From Cyanophora paradoxa CCMP329 (Eukaryota > Plantae > Glaucophyta), in assembly GCA_004431415.1 (NCBI GenBank), contig QPMI01000281.1, positions 32,290 through 96,289 of the forward strand: a stretch of DNA of 64,000 nt, written 5' to 3'. The notes below the pieces were generated by a model. The model was not told where the DNA came from, did no database searches, and saw only the letters and a list, made by a program, of their open reading frames with translations. Position 1 is the stretch's first letter, and each line of letters opens with the position of its first letter. The translations under genes and the position numbers were made by a program. Below are positions 49,701 to 61,900 of this stretch, piece by piece.

Positions 49701-52700
49701 GGACGGGTGCGTGGACGTCTGCATGGAGATGCACGTCTCGGTGCGGCTCCTCTCGGAGAAGTACAAGCAGGAGCTGCGGCGCTTCTACTACGTGACCCCC
49801 ACCTCCTACCTCGAGCTCCTCTCCACCTTCAAGACCCTCCTCGCCGCCAAGCGGGACGAGCTCTCCAAGGCCCGCCGCCGCTACCTCGTCGGCCTGGAGA
49901 AGCTCCTCACGACGGCCTCGCAAGTGAAGGAGATGCAGCGCGAGCTCGAGGCGCTGCAGCCCGTGCTCATCCGCAAGACCGCCGAGACGGAGGAGCTCAT
50001 GAAGACGATCACGCGCGACTCGGCGGCGGCCGAGCAGACCAAGGTGGTCGTCGAGGCGGAGGAGCGCGAGGCGAGCAAGCAGGCGGAGGCGGCGGCGAAG
50101 ATGAAGGCCGAGTGCGAGGCGGACCTGGCGGAGGCGATGCCGGCGCTCGAGTCGGCGCTCAAGGCGCTGCGCACGCTCAACAAGAACGACATCACGGAGG
50201 TGCGCTCGCTCAAGACGCCCCCGGCCGGCGTCAAGCTCGTCCTCGAGACCCTCTGCATCATGCTCGGCGTCAAGCCCCAGAAGGCGCGCGCCGCCCCGCC
50301 CCCCGCAGCCGCACCCCTCCGCGCCCTTCGCTGAGGCGGGCGTCCGCAGGTGGGCGAGGTCGGCTCCAAGGTGGACGACTACTGGGAGCCGGCGAAGAAG
50401 GAGCTGCTGGGCGACTCGCACTTCCTCGACCGCCTCTACGAGTACGACAAGGACAACATCCCCGAGGCGGTCGTCGCCAAGATCCGCCCCTACATCAAGA
50501 ACCCCGAGTTCGACCCGGCGAAGATCGCGAAGGCGTCGAAGGCGGCGACGGGCCTGTGCCTGTGGGTGCGGGCGATGGAGACGTACGACCGGGTGGCCAA
50601 GGTGGTCGCTCCCAAGAAGAAGGCCCTCGCCGACGCCGAGGCCGAGCTCGCCGAGGTCCGCCTCCCCGCCCCGTGGCCCGCCCCGCGCCGCCCTGACGCC
50701 CGCGCGCCCCCAGGTCATGCAGACGCTGAACGCGAAGAAGTCCGAGCTCGCCGCCGTCGTCGGGCGCCTCGCCGAGCTCACCGCCGCCTACGAGCAGAGC
50801 GTCCGCGAGAAGCAGGAGCTCGCCGTCCAGGCCCGCCCGCCCCCGCCCCCCGCCCGCCCCGTTGAAGGTGGGGGGGACCGCCGGCTGACGCGGGGCCGCG
50901 GGGGCGCAGGTGGACGTGTGCGAGAAGAAGCTCAGCCGGGCGCAGAAGCTGATCGGGGGGCTGGGGGGGGAGAAGGACCGGTGGACGGCGACGGCGGAGT
51001 CGCTGGGGCAGCAATACGAGAACCTGGTGGGGGACGTGCTCCTCTCGTCGGGCATCATCGCGTACCTCGGGGTCTTCACGCTCACCTACCGCCAGTCCGT
51101 CGTCGCCGAGTGGGTCGAGGCGCTCAAGGCGCGGGGCATCCCCTGCTCCCCCGACTTCTCCCTCAGCCGCACCCTCGGCGAGCCCGTCAAGATCCGCGAG
51201 TGGACGATCTGCGGCCTCCCGTCGGACCGCTTCTCGGTGGACAACGGCATCATCGTGAGCAAGAGCCGGCGGTGGCCGCTGCTGGTGGACCCGCAGGGGC
51301 AGGCGAACAAGTGGATCAAGAACATGGAGAAGGCGAACAACCTGATGGTCGTCAAGCTCTCGGACAGCGACTTCGTGCGCTCGCTGGAGAACGCCATCCA
51401 GTTCGGGAACCCGGTGCTCATCGAGAACGTGGGGGAGGAGCTGGACCCCGTCCTCGAGCCGCTCCTCCTCAAGCAGACGTTCAAGTCGGGCGGGCGGATG
51501 GTGATCCGCCTCGGGGACACGACGGTCGAGTACTCCCCCGACTTCCGCCTCTACATCACGACGAAGCTGCGCAACCCGCACTACTCGCCCGAGATCTGCG
51601 TCAAGGTCTGCCTCGTCAACTTCATGATCACGCCGGAGGGCCTGGAGGACCAGATGCTGGGCATCGTGGTCGCCAAGGAGCGGCCCGACCTCGAGGACGA
51701 GAAGGCGGAGCTGATCATCCAGTCGGCGAAGAACAAGAAGGCGCTGAAGGAGATCGAGGACCGGATCCTGGAGCTGCTCTCGTCGGCGCAGGGGAACATC
51801 CTGGACGACGAGACGCTGATCAACACGCTGGCGCAGTCCAAGGTGACGTCGGAGGAGATCGCGAAGAAGGTGCGCGAGGCGGAGGTGACGGAGCGGAAGA
51901 TCGACGAGGCGCGCTCCAAGTACAAGCCCGTCGCCTTCCGCTCCTCCATCCTCTTCTTCGCCATCGCCGACCTCTGCCTCATCGACCCCATGTACCAGTA
52001 CTCGCTCTCGTGGTACATCAACCTCTACCTCTTCGCGATCGCGGACTGCCCGCGCTCGGAGCAGCTGGAGAAGCGGCTGGCGGACCTGAACGAGGCGTTC
52101 ACGTACGTGCTCTACCGCAACGTCTGCCGCTCCCTCTTCGAGAAGCACAAGCTCCTCTTCTCCTTCCTCCTCTGCATCAAGATCCTCCAGTCCGAGAGCA
52201 AGCTCGACCCCGCCCTCTTCCGCTTCCTCCTCACCGGCTTCGCCCCCGTCGCCCACGACGGGCACGGCGCGCACGCCCCGCCGCCCAACCCGGCCCCCGC
52301 CTGGCTCCCGGAGCTCGCGTGGACGCGGCTGCTCCAGCTCTCGACCATCCCGCCCTTCCACGGGCTGGAGAAGGAGCTGCCCGGGCACATCGCGCAGTGG
52401 AAGGCGCTCTTCGACAGCACGGAGCCGCACGAGGCGCACTTCCCGGCCCCCTACGGGGACCTGGACCCGCTGCAGCGGATGTGCGTCCTCCGCGCCCTGC
52501 GCGCCGACAAGGTGGTCCCCGCGGTGCAGGACTTCATCGCGCACACGATGGGCGCCCGCTACATCGAGCCCCCGCCCTTCGACCTCGCCGCCGCCTTCTC
52601 CGACTCCACCAACATGACCCCCCTCATCTTCGTGCTGAGCCCCGGCGCCGACCCCACGGCCGAGCTCCTCAAGCTCGCCGACGCCATGGGCTTCGGCAAG

Positions 52701-54653
52701 AAGCTCGGGGCCATCTCGCTGGGGCAGGGCCAGGGCCGCATCGCCGAGGCGATGATCAAGGAGGCGACCGCCAAGGGCTCCTGGCTCCTCCTGCAGAACT
52801 GCCACCTCGCCGTCTCCTGGATGCCCGAGCTCGAGCGCATCACGGAGGGGATGACGTCGGCCCCGGAGCGCGTGCACCGCGACTTCCGCCTGTGGCTCAC
52901 CTCCATGCCCTCGGAGCAGTTCCCCGTCTCCATCCTCCAGAACGGCGTCAAGATGACGAACGAGCCGCCCAAGGGCCTCAAGGCGAACCTGCAGCGCTCG
53001 TACCTCTCGATCGACAAGGACTTCTTCGCGGCGTGCAAGAAGCAGAAGGCGTGGAAGAAGATGCTCTTCGCCCTCTGCTTCTTCCACGCCGTCGTCCAGG
53101 AGCGGCGCAAGTTCGGGGCCCTCGGGTGGAACATCCCGTACGAGTTCAACGAGACGGACTACAAGATCTCGTCGCGCCAGCTGCAGATGTTCCTCGACGC
53201 GTACCCCTTCATCCCCTACAAGGCCCTCACGTACCTCACGGGCCAGGCCAACTACGGCGGGCGCGTGACGGACGACTGGGACCGGCGCCTGCTGATGGCG
53301 CTCCTCTCCGACTTCTACTGCGAGGCCATCCACGACGACGCGTACAAGTTCAGCCCGTCCCGCACCTACTACGCCCCCGCCGACGGGCCCTACGAGTCGT
53401 ACCTCACGTACATCCGGGCGCTGCCGATCCGGGACTCGCCCGAGGTCTTCGGGCTGCACGACAACGCGGACATCACGTACGCGCTGAACGAGACGGGCGA
53501 GCTGCTGGGGAACGCGCTGAGCCTGCAGCCGCGCACGACGGGCGGGGGCGGGAAGACGATGGACGCGGTGGTGGACGACCTGTGCGGGGACATCCTGGAG
53601 CGGCTGCCGCAGCCGTTCGACGTGATGGCGGTGCAGGAGAAGTTCCCCGTGCAGTACGAGGAGTCGATGAACACCGTCCTCACCCAGGACGTCCTCCGCT
53701 TCAACAAGGCCCGCCCCCGCCCCCGCCCCCGCGCCCCCCTCGCGCCGGGGCCGGCCTGACGCGGCTCGCCCCGGGGCGCAGCTGATCGTGGTGGTGCGCA
53801 ACTCGCTGGCCGAGCTGCGCAAGGCCATCAAGGGCCTCGTCGTCATGTCCGCCGACCTCGAGAAGGTGCGCGCCCCCCCAGAGCCCGCTGCCGCCCTCGC
53901 GCGCGGCCGGCCGAGCGCCCCCCGGCAGGTGGCGAACGCGATGTACGACGGGCTGGTGCCCGTCATGTGGGCCGGCGTCGCGTACCCGTCCCTCAAGCCG
54001 CTCGCCTCGTGGGTGCAGGACCTCATCGCCCGCCTCGACTTCATGCAGAAGTGGTGCGCCCCGCCCCCCGCCGCATCGCGCCGGAGGCAGCGCTGACGGG
54101 CTCGGGGGGAAGGATCGACACGGGGATGCCGCCCGTGTACTGGCTCTCGGGCTTCTTCTTCCCGCAGGCGTTCCTCACGGGGACCCTCCAGAACTACGCC
54201 CGCCGCCACAAGATCCCCATCGACATGGTCCGCCCCGCGCGCCCGGGCCCGCCCCGCCCGCTCTCCGCTCACGCGCCCCCGCCCGCCCCGCCAGATCCAC
54301 TTCGAGTTCGAGGTGCTGGGGGCGGGGGAGAGGCCGGGGCAGGGCCCCGCGGACGGCTGCTACGTGAACGGGCTCTTCCTGGAGGGGGCGCGCTGGGACG
54401 ACGAGCGGCGGCTGCTCGCCGAGTCGCACCCCAAGGTCCTCTACGTCCCCATGCCCGTCATCTGGCTCCGCCCCACCTCGACGGCGGGCGGCGGGCACAC
54501 GCACGGGGGGCACCACAAGGAGCGCCTCGTGTACACGTGCCCCCTCTACAAGACCTCGCGCCGCGCGGGGACCCTCTCCACCACCGGCCACTCCACCAAC
54601 TACGTCATGAGCGTCCTCCTCCCCTCCGAGCAGCCCGAGAAGCACGTGCGCCC

Positions 54654-54685
<32 letters not shown>

Positions 54686-54767
54686 GCCCCGGCAGGGGCC
54701 GTCCTCACGCCGCGCGCCGCAGTGGGTCAAGCGCGGGGTCGCCCTCCTCTGCCAGCTCAACGACTAG
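40794..54767 (+). CDS. DNAH1: Axonemal inner-arm dynein heavy chain, DNAH1-type, ~22 exons
   Basis: P-loops [59 protein letters not shown]-terminal [27 protein letters not shown] resembles the DNAH1 subfamily. Ends [14 protein letters not shown]. Start approximate. Confidence 0.95.
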
Positions 54768-55406
54768 CCGCGGCCCGCCCCGCCCCGCCGCCTGCCTCGG
54801 TCTCCTCCGCTCCCCTTTCCAATCCCCATGCCCTTCGCGCTCAGAGATTAGCCTAGTCGACGTAGCTGTAGGTAGTGCTAGTTTGAGGCGTCCTTTTCAT
54901 GGTTTTGTAAAGATTGCTGAAAACTCGATTGTCAGGGTTGCTGAATCGCAGTGATTCCCGAGTGTCAGGCTCCTCGAACGAGGGAGCCGGATGACATCAT
55001 CATCATCATGGCACTAGGTTTTGAATTGCTCGAAACATGATCATGATGATCATGAACTCGGCTCGCCGCCGGTGCTCTTCAAGGCTTTTCGCTCCCAATT
55101 CGGAACGTGTTAGCTGCAGAGTGGTTTCTAGCCCTCTAGTATCTAAACTCCAAAAGCTTGCGAAATTGGCAAGTTCTCCGAAGTTCAATTTTGATCATGA
55201 CTCAGTGATGGATCGTAAGATCCAAGATCTATATATATATAAAGCTAGCCCCTGCCAGGCTGGCGAAGTCCAGTCCCAGTGGACCCAGTGGAGCTGGCCC
55301 AGCCTGCAGCTGGCCGCGGGCAGGAAGAAAAATGCGTTCGCAGGAGAGGTCATCAGCTAGAGTACACATCATGGCATGTACACCGTGGCACGCACATGCG
55401 TGACAG

Positions 55407-55559
55407 TGAAATTAAATTCAACACATGAAATTAAATTCAACACGTTACTAGTACTAAAGCTAATTTAAAGTTGAAATATGAAATATGCAAGAAAGTTACT
55501 TTGAAACGTACTTTTGAAATATGCAAGAAAGAAACGTACTTTTGAAATATGCAAGAAAG
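55407..55559. repeat. AT-rich tandem repeats
   Basis: TGAAATTAAATTCAACAC x2 (55407-55424, 55426-55443); GAAATATGCAAGAAAG x3; GAAACGTACTTTTGAAATATGCAAGAAA x2. Confidence 0.9.
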
Positions 55560-56722
55560 TTACCCGGTGACCGTAGAATTCGCCTTGGGGCGCGCGGGGA
55601 TGCGGCGGGGCGACTCGCGATCGAGGGGCGCGAGGGAGAGGGCGCCTGGGGCCGCCTCGAGGCCGGGGGGGGGCCGGCGGGGACGGCGGGTGCGGAGAGG
55701 TGCGCGGGGACGCCGCGCAGCGCCGCCGCGTCGCCCGCGAAGACCCTCGCCGGGGGCCTGGCGTGCAGCTCCACCGCATTCCCCCGCCCCGCGCTCCCTT
55801 CCACGCCCCCCCCCCCCCCCCCCTCCCCCCCCCCCCCCCCTCCGCCGCCTGCCCCGGTGAAGGTGCACCGGGCCGGGGGCCGAGGGCGGCGGCGGGCAGG
55901 GGGTGCTCAGAGGCGTTGGAGAGGCGGCGGAGGAGCCGCGCTCCTCGCGCGTGGGCGAGGGGCCCGCCGCCGCCTACCGCGCCTGCCGCGCCGCGCCTGG
56001 TGAGGGCGGGCAGGGAGGGGCAGGGGGGCGATTCTGGAGGTCGGCGAGGGGCGAGGCCTCGGCCCCGTACGCGTGCGGCGTCTTCGATCAGGCTGCTGGT
56101 CACGCTCCCGCCCGGCCTGGCGTCGTCGGCACCACGCTGATTGATATCAGTGCCGGAGGATTGAGCCGGGAGAGGGGCGGAAGGGGCGCCGGGGTGGCGA
56201 GGGCGAGGGGCGGGGGGCGGGGCGCGCGCGTGGGGGCGCGGGGGCGGGGAGGCGTCCTCCTCGCTGGCGCTCGCCGAGCGGCCGCCGCCGCCGGCGAGCT
56301 CGTGGTGCGAACGGCGGCTTTCGCCGTGCTGGAGCTGGAGCTGGGCGATGAGGGGCACGGCGTTGCGGGCCCGAGGGAGGGCAGGTCCGTTGATGGTGTT
56401 CCGGCGCTGCAGCCGCCCCACCCGCTCCCTGGCGTGTACGGCGGCGCTCTCCCGCAGCGTGCGGAGCTCGATACGCACCGCGTTGGACGCGTCCACCACG
56501 GCGTCCACCACGCGAGTCGGGTCTAGCGGCTGTCGACGTCCGTGCCATGGCCAGCTCGGAGGGGCCGCGGCTTTGCTATCGCCGCCCGGCACCGCCGGCT
56601 GCACCTGCACGCCGGCCTTCGTGATGGAAATTTTAAAGCTCGAGCCGTCGCCGCACTGGCCCCGCGGGGCGAGTGGCGATCGCGAGACGTCGCCGAGTCG
56701 ACTCGGGTTCCGGATCCGCCAT
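55465..56722 (-). CDS. Possible hypothetical gene or decayed gene
   Basis: Protein-like stretches (PTRVVDAVVDASNAVRIELRTLRE; AVELHARPPARVFAGD; GEFYGHR) separated by intron-like GC-rich segments. No consistent model or family found. Confidence 0.3.
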
Positions 56723-57476
56723 CGTGGATATCGATGGAGCTTCCGAGCCGGAGCCTGCCTGAGGAGCAAACGAGCGCGAATCCGAACAACCGAGCTGTTG
56801 GCCCAGCTAGGCTGAGAGCTATAGCTAGGTACCGGTGTTCAGGCGTCCGGATCCCGGGCTAGCTATATATAGGCTTCTATCCAATGCAATCGGTTGCCTA
56901 AACTGCGTCGAAGTGAACTACGCTGCGGGCGCTGCGCGCGGGGTCTGATCCTGATGACCCCGGCTGCGCATGCGGCCCGCGGCCGGGCCGCCCGGCACAG
57001 ACGTCGACTGCCGCACAGTGCCGTCAACGCCTCCGAATTCGACTACCCCCCAAGTGGTCGCGGACTTGCGGACTCCGCGGTCCGGTACCTTGAAAAGAGG
57101 CGGCCGCTGCGCACACGCTGCGCTCACCGCAGGGCAACAAAGACACAGCCGAGATAGCTCTAGGCAGCTCTAGACGAGGTAGCCCCGCAGCTCGTCGCGG
57201 CGCCGGAGTCTTTTCCTGGTCAGTTCGGCGGTGCGGATCGCGCGGGCCGCTGGGGAGGGGCTTTTTCCTGGCCCTTTCGTGGGCGTGAGAGTGCTCCTTC
57301 AGCTAGGTATGGCTAGCTAGCAGCTATGCCGCCGGTCTGATCGTCTAAGTACACGACGAAGCGACCCACGGCGTGCCCCGTATGCGGGCTTCTCTGCGTT
57401 CCATTCGAATCAGAGCAGAGCAGAGTGTCGCACGCCGCGAAGCCGCCTCCTCGGCCCCGCGCGGCGCGCGACGACG

Positions 57477-58890
57477 ATGAGGCCGGGGGCGAAGTCCGCG
57501 CGGCTCCGCCTTCTCCCCGAGTCGAAGGCGGCGACCGATTCTGCAGACAATGATTGCGAGGAGGCGCGCCGCTGACCCGCCCTCGCGGGCGGCGCTTGCC
57601 TCTGACGGGACCCGCCGCGCAGTGCAAGGCGTCGGCGGCGGCTCACCGAGCGAGGCACTACCTGTCGGACCTCGCGGTCCGCCTCAGCGGATCTGGAGGG
57701 GCCGTCCCGTCGAGCGAGAGCTTCTGGGGCGCGGCGGTGCGCGACGCGCCCCGGCGGGAAGGCCGCGCTCCTGCCGCCGCCGGCGCGCCGACGCGGGGCG
57801 GGGGCAGGTCTTCGTGGACGTCGTGGCGTCGGTCTCGATCGCGCAGCGGCTGGTGGGGGACGCGGCGGCGCTGGACCCGAGCGCGTCGCCGGCGGAGGCC
57901 GCGCGGCGCGGGGCGGACGCCCTCAGCCGCGCCCTCAACGCATGCTTTGCCGCGGTCCTCGCAATCGCGCGCCTTAACGGCGGCGACTGCCTCCAGTTCC
58001 TCGGCCCGCCCCGCCCCCCTCGCCCCTCCCGCCCCGCCCACCCTGACGCCGCCCCGCCCCGCCCGTCGCCTCCCCGCAGGCGACGCGCTGCTCCTCATGG
58101 TCTACGCCGACGGTGAGCTACAGAACGGTGCGGGGCGGGGGCGCGGGCGGCTGAGGGCCGGGGGCGGGGCGCAGGGGAGCAGGGGGTGCCGGCGGCGTGC
58201 TCGAAGGCGCTGCGGATCGCGGCGGACGTGCAGCTCGCCATCGAGGGCGACCTCGCCGGCGCCGCGGGCCCCGCGTGCGCCACCTCGCCCCCCCTCCGGA
58301 GCGCCGGCGCGGCGTCGAGCGGGGCGTGGCAGGGGCACTCGACGGCGCGGCTGCGGGTGCACATCGGCGCCTCGGCGGGGCGCTTCCACGCGCTGCGCCT
58401 CGGCGAGGACGACCCCGCGGCGGCGGGCGGCGGCGGCACCCCGCGCGCCTCGCGCTCGTCGTCGTGGGGACCCCCTCTCCCGCGTCCAGCGCTGCCTCCA
58501 GCTCGCCGGCGCCGGCGAGTTCTGCCTCGCCCCCTCCGTCCGCCCCCGCCCCGCCCGCCCCGCCCCGCCCCGCCGCCCACGCGCGGGGCCGGCGGGGCCA
58601 GGTGGCGGAGTACGCGGAGGGGAGGCGAGCGCGCTGGCCGGCATCGCGGTGCGGCGACAGGTCGAGGGCTACCTCGTCTGCGGCCCCGAGGCCGAGGGCG
58701 ACGCCCCGGGCGCCGGCCCCACCTCCACCCGCTTCAGCTCCTTCCGCCTGTCCGCCCCGCCCGCCCCGCCGCCCCGCCCCGTCGCTCTGCGCCGGCCGAC
58801 GGACGGGGCGCAGGGGCGAGCTGCGGCCGTCGCGGAGCCTCCTGGACGCGCGCTCGGTCCTCGTCCGCAAGGCGCCCTCCCCCCCCCCCC

Positions 58891-58924
<34 letters not shown>

Positions 58925-61900
58925 CCGCCGCCCCGCCGCCCCCGCCTCAACCGCGCCGCCCTCGGGCAGGTGGCGCGGGCGCTGAACGCCGTCTCCCGCT
59001 CCCGCCGCTCCTCCCAAGTCTCCGTCGAGGCGCCCCCTTGAACCCCCCCCCCCCCCCCCCCCCCCTCCGGCCTCGGCTGAGGCTGGTGGGGGGGCAGCCG
59101 GAGAGCCGGCGGTCGTCGCTGGCGGGGGCCGGGGCACCGGGGAGGCGGGGCGCAACTCGGTGGACTCGGGCATCGGGGGCCCCTCGTGGGCGGGAGGGGA
59201 CGGAGCCCTCGCCGGCCTCGTGCGGCCATCGCGGGCGCGGCGGGGGCCGCCTGCCGGGGCCGCCCCCCGCCCTCGCCCTCCTCCCCTCCGACGTCGCCGC
59301 CTCCGTCTGGGAGGGCGTCCCGTGCGCCCCGCCCCGCCGCCGCGCCACGCAGCCGCCTCGGCACCTGAGCGGGGGCCGGGGGGCAGGTTCCTGGCGGAGA
59401 TGCGGATGGCGACGACGCTCTTTATGAAGATCGGCGCGTACGCCGACGTCCCCGAGGGCGAGCCCGAGCTCCCCCGCGTGCGCTGTACCCCGCCCCGGCC
59501 CTCGGCCCCCGGCCCTGCGAGCCCAACGCCGGCCCCCCCCGCGCGCAGGAGGCGCTGCTGCGGCTGAACGCGAGCGTGGCGGCGGCGGCGGCGTGCGTCG
59601 CCGGCGCCTCCGGCGTCCTCCGCAGCGCCTTCTGCGACGACAAGGGCTTCGTCGTGCCTGCTCCCCCCTCCCCCTTCCCTCCGACGAGGCGCCCGACGCG
59701 GGGCGGGGCGGGCGGCGGGGCGGCAGTGCCTGGCGACGTGGGGCCTGCTGGGGTCGTACTCGCCGGAGAACGCGCTGCGGGCGTGCGGGGCGGCGCTGGC
59801 GATGCGGTCGGCCTTCGCGGACGACGACCTCGGGCCCATCTCCCTCGGCCTCGCCACCGGCCGGCGCGCCTCCTCGCCGCGCCCCCCGCCCCGCCCTCTC
59901 CCCTCGACCCTGCCCCGCAGGGTCTTCTGCGGCGAGGTCGGGGACGACTTCAGGGGGGACTACCAGGCCCGCCCCCGCCCCGCCCGCCCCTGCCCCGCCC
60001 CCCGCAGCGCCCGACTCTGCCCCGCGCAGATCCTCGGCGACGCCTGCAACCTCGCCGCGCGGTGCGCCCAGGCCGAAGCCGCCGGCTGGGGGCGCCGCGC
60101 CGCGCGCTCACGGCGGCGCCCCGGCAGGCTGATGTCGAAGGCGGAGGGGGCGGTGTTCGTGGACGAGGCGACGCAGGAGGCGGTGGAGGGGCGCTTCGAG
60201 CTGCGCCCGCTCCCCGCGCTGCACGTGAAGGGCTACAAGGCCGGCTCCCGCTTCTACGAGCTGGTGGGGCCCAAGGGGGAGAGCGCCGGGGGCCCCGCCC
60301 CCTCCCGCTTCGGCTCCCGCCACCGCCAGATCGCCGACAGGCGCCCGCCCGCCCGCCCCTGCACCCCGCCCCGGACCCCGCTGAGCGCCCCCCGGCAGGC
60401 TCCGCTCGTCGCGGCCCGAGGAGGAGGGCGGCGCTCCGGCCGGGCCCGCGCCGCGGCCGCCCCTCTCCCCGACGCCGAGGCCCCGCGGCCGGCGCGGGCG
60501 CGGCGCCCCTCCTCCTTCGAGGACATGCTCCGCGCCGTGCGCCCCGCGCTGCCGCCGCGCCGCCGGGCGCCGACGTGCCCCGGGCAGGGCCTGCCGGTGG
60601 AGGGCCGGTGACCATGGAGCAGGCCCTCGCCGTCCTCGAGGTGCGCCGGCCCGCGGCCCTCGCCTGAGAGGAGGCGAGCGGGCGGGGCGGGGGCGCAGCG
60701 GGCGGCGGCGGGGACGCCGCTGTACGGGCGGCAGGTGGAGCTGGCGCGGGTGTGCCGCTTCCTGGCGGCGGCGCGCTCGGGGGCGTCGGGGGCGGTGGGC
60801 TCGCAGGGCGGCGCCGGGGTCCTCTTCGTGGAGGCGGAGATGGGCATGGGCAAGAGCTCCCTCGTCTCCGAGGTCCCCCCCCCGCCCCGCCCCGCCCCGC
60901 CGCTTCGGAGGGCCCCGGCCCACGCGCGCGGCGCAGGCGCTGCGGCTGGCGGACGTGGCGGGGGTCCCCTGCGTGATCGTCGAGCAGGACCCGATGAGCG
61001 CCTGGCCCCTCTTCGCCATCACCGACGCGCGCCCGCCCCGCACCCCCGCCCCGGCCCGCAGCGCCCTCACCCGCCGGCCCCGTGCAGAGCGTGGCGACGC
61101 TGTTGGACGTGGAGCGGCTGGTGGCCGAGTGCCAGCCCCAGGCCGTCGTGCCCGCCGGGCTGCCCCCCGACCCCACCAGCCCCGCCGACCCCCTTCTCAC
61201 CCCCCGCTCCTACTCGGGCTCCCCCCTCCCCGACGAGCGGTGCGCGCCGGGGCCCGCGCGGCGGGGCGCCGCCCGCCCCTGACCCCGGGGCGCCCCCGCG
61301 CAGGCATCCCCCCTTCGAGATCGCCCTCCTCTCCTTCGACGGGGAGGCGCCCCCCTCGTCCTCCCTCTCCCCCTTCTCCCTCCCCTCCCCCGCCTACAGG
61401 CGGGGCTCCCTGGGCCGCTCGGGGCAGGGCCCGCCGCCGCTGGCGAACCCGCAGCTCTTCGAGGCGGCGGTGGCGAACTTCCTGCGGGGGGTCGACCCGG
61501 CGCTGGCGGGGGAGGGGACGGTGGGCCCGCTGGCGGGGCACCTGCTCGAGCACGTTGCGCGGCGGCTGCACCCGCACCTCTTCCGCCGGCGCACCTCTTC
61601 CGTGGACCCGGGGCGCCCCCCGCCCGGCCCGGGCCTCGGCTCCATGCTCGCCCCCGCCGCCGCCACCCCCGACGGCCCCGCCGCCGGCCCCTCCTCGGGG
61701 GCGGGGGCAGGGGCGGAGCGGCCGGCGTCGATGCGGGCCGAGATGCTCGCCCTCACGGAGGTCCTCCAGGTGCGGCCGGGCCGCTCCCGGCCGCCCGCCG
61801 CCTCCGGGGGCGGCCTCTGAGGGGGCGGGCGGGGCAGGCGATCCTGCGGCGCACGGGGGCGGTGCTGGTCGTCGACGACCTCTTCGCCCTCGACGGCCCC

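Noticed and set aside
41969-54272. Very long antisense and alternative-frame ORFs (727, 1326, 1164, 1156, 1022 aa) over the dynein gene
   Set aside because: Expected shadow ORFs of extreme GC3 codon bias; no independent coding features.
54655-59064. Long poly-C tracts (1467-1494, 54655-54683, 55806-55840, 58876-58925, 59043-59064)
   Set aside because: Mostly intronic or intergenic extremes of the C-rich pattern. Homopolymer length is unreliable in assemblies and no function can be supported.
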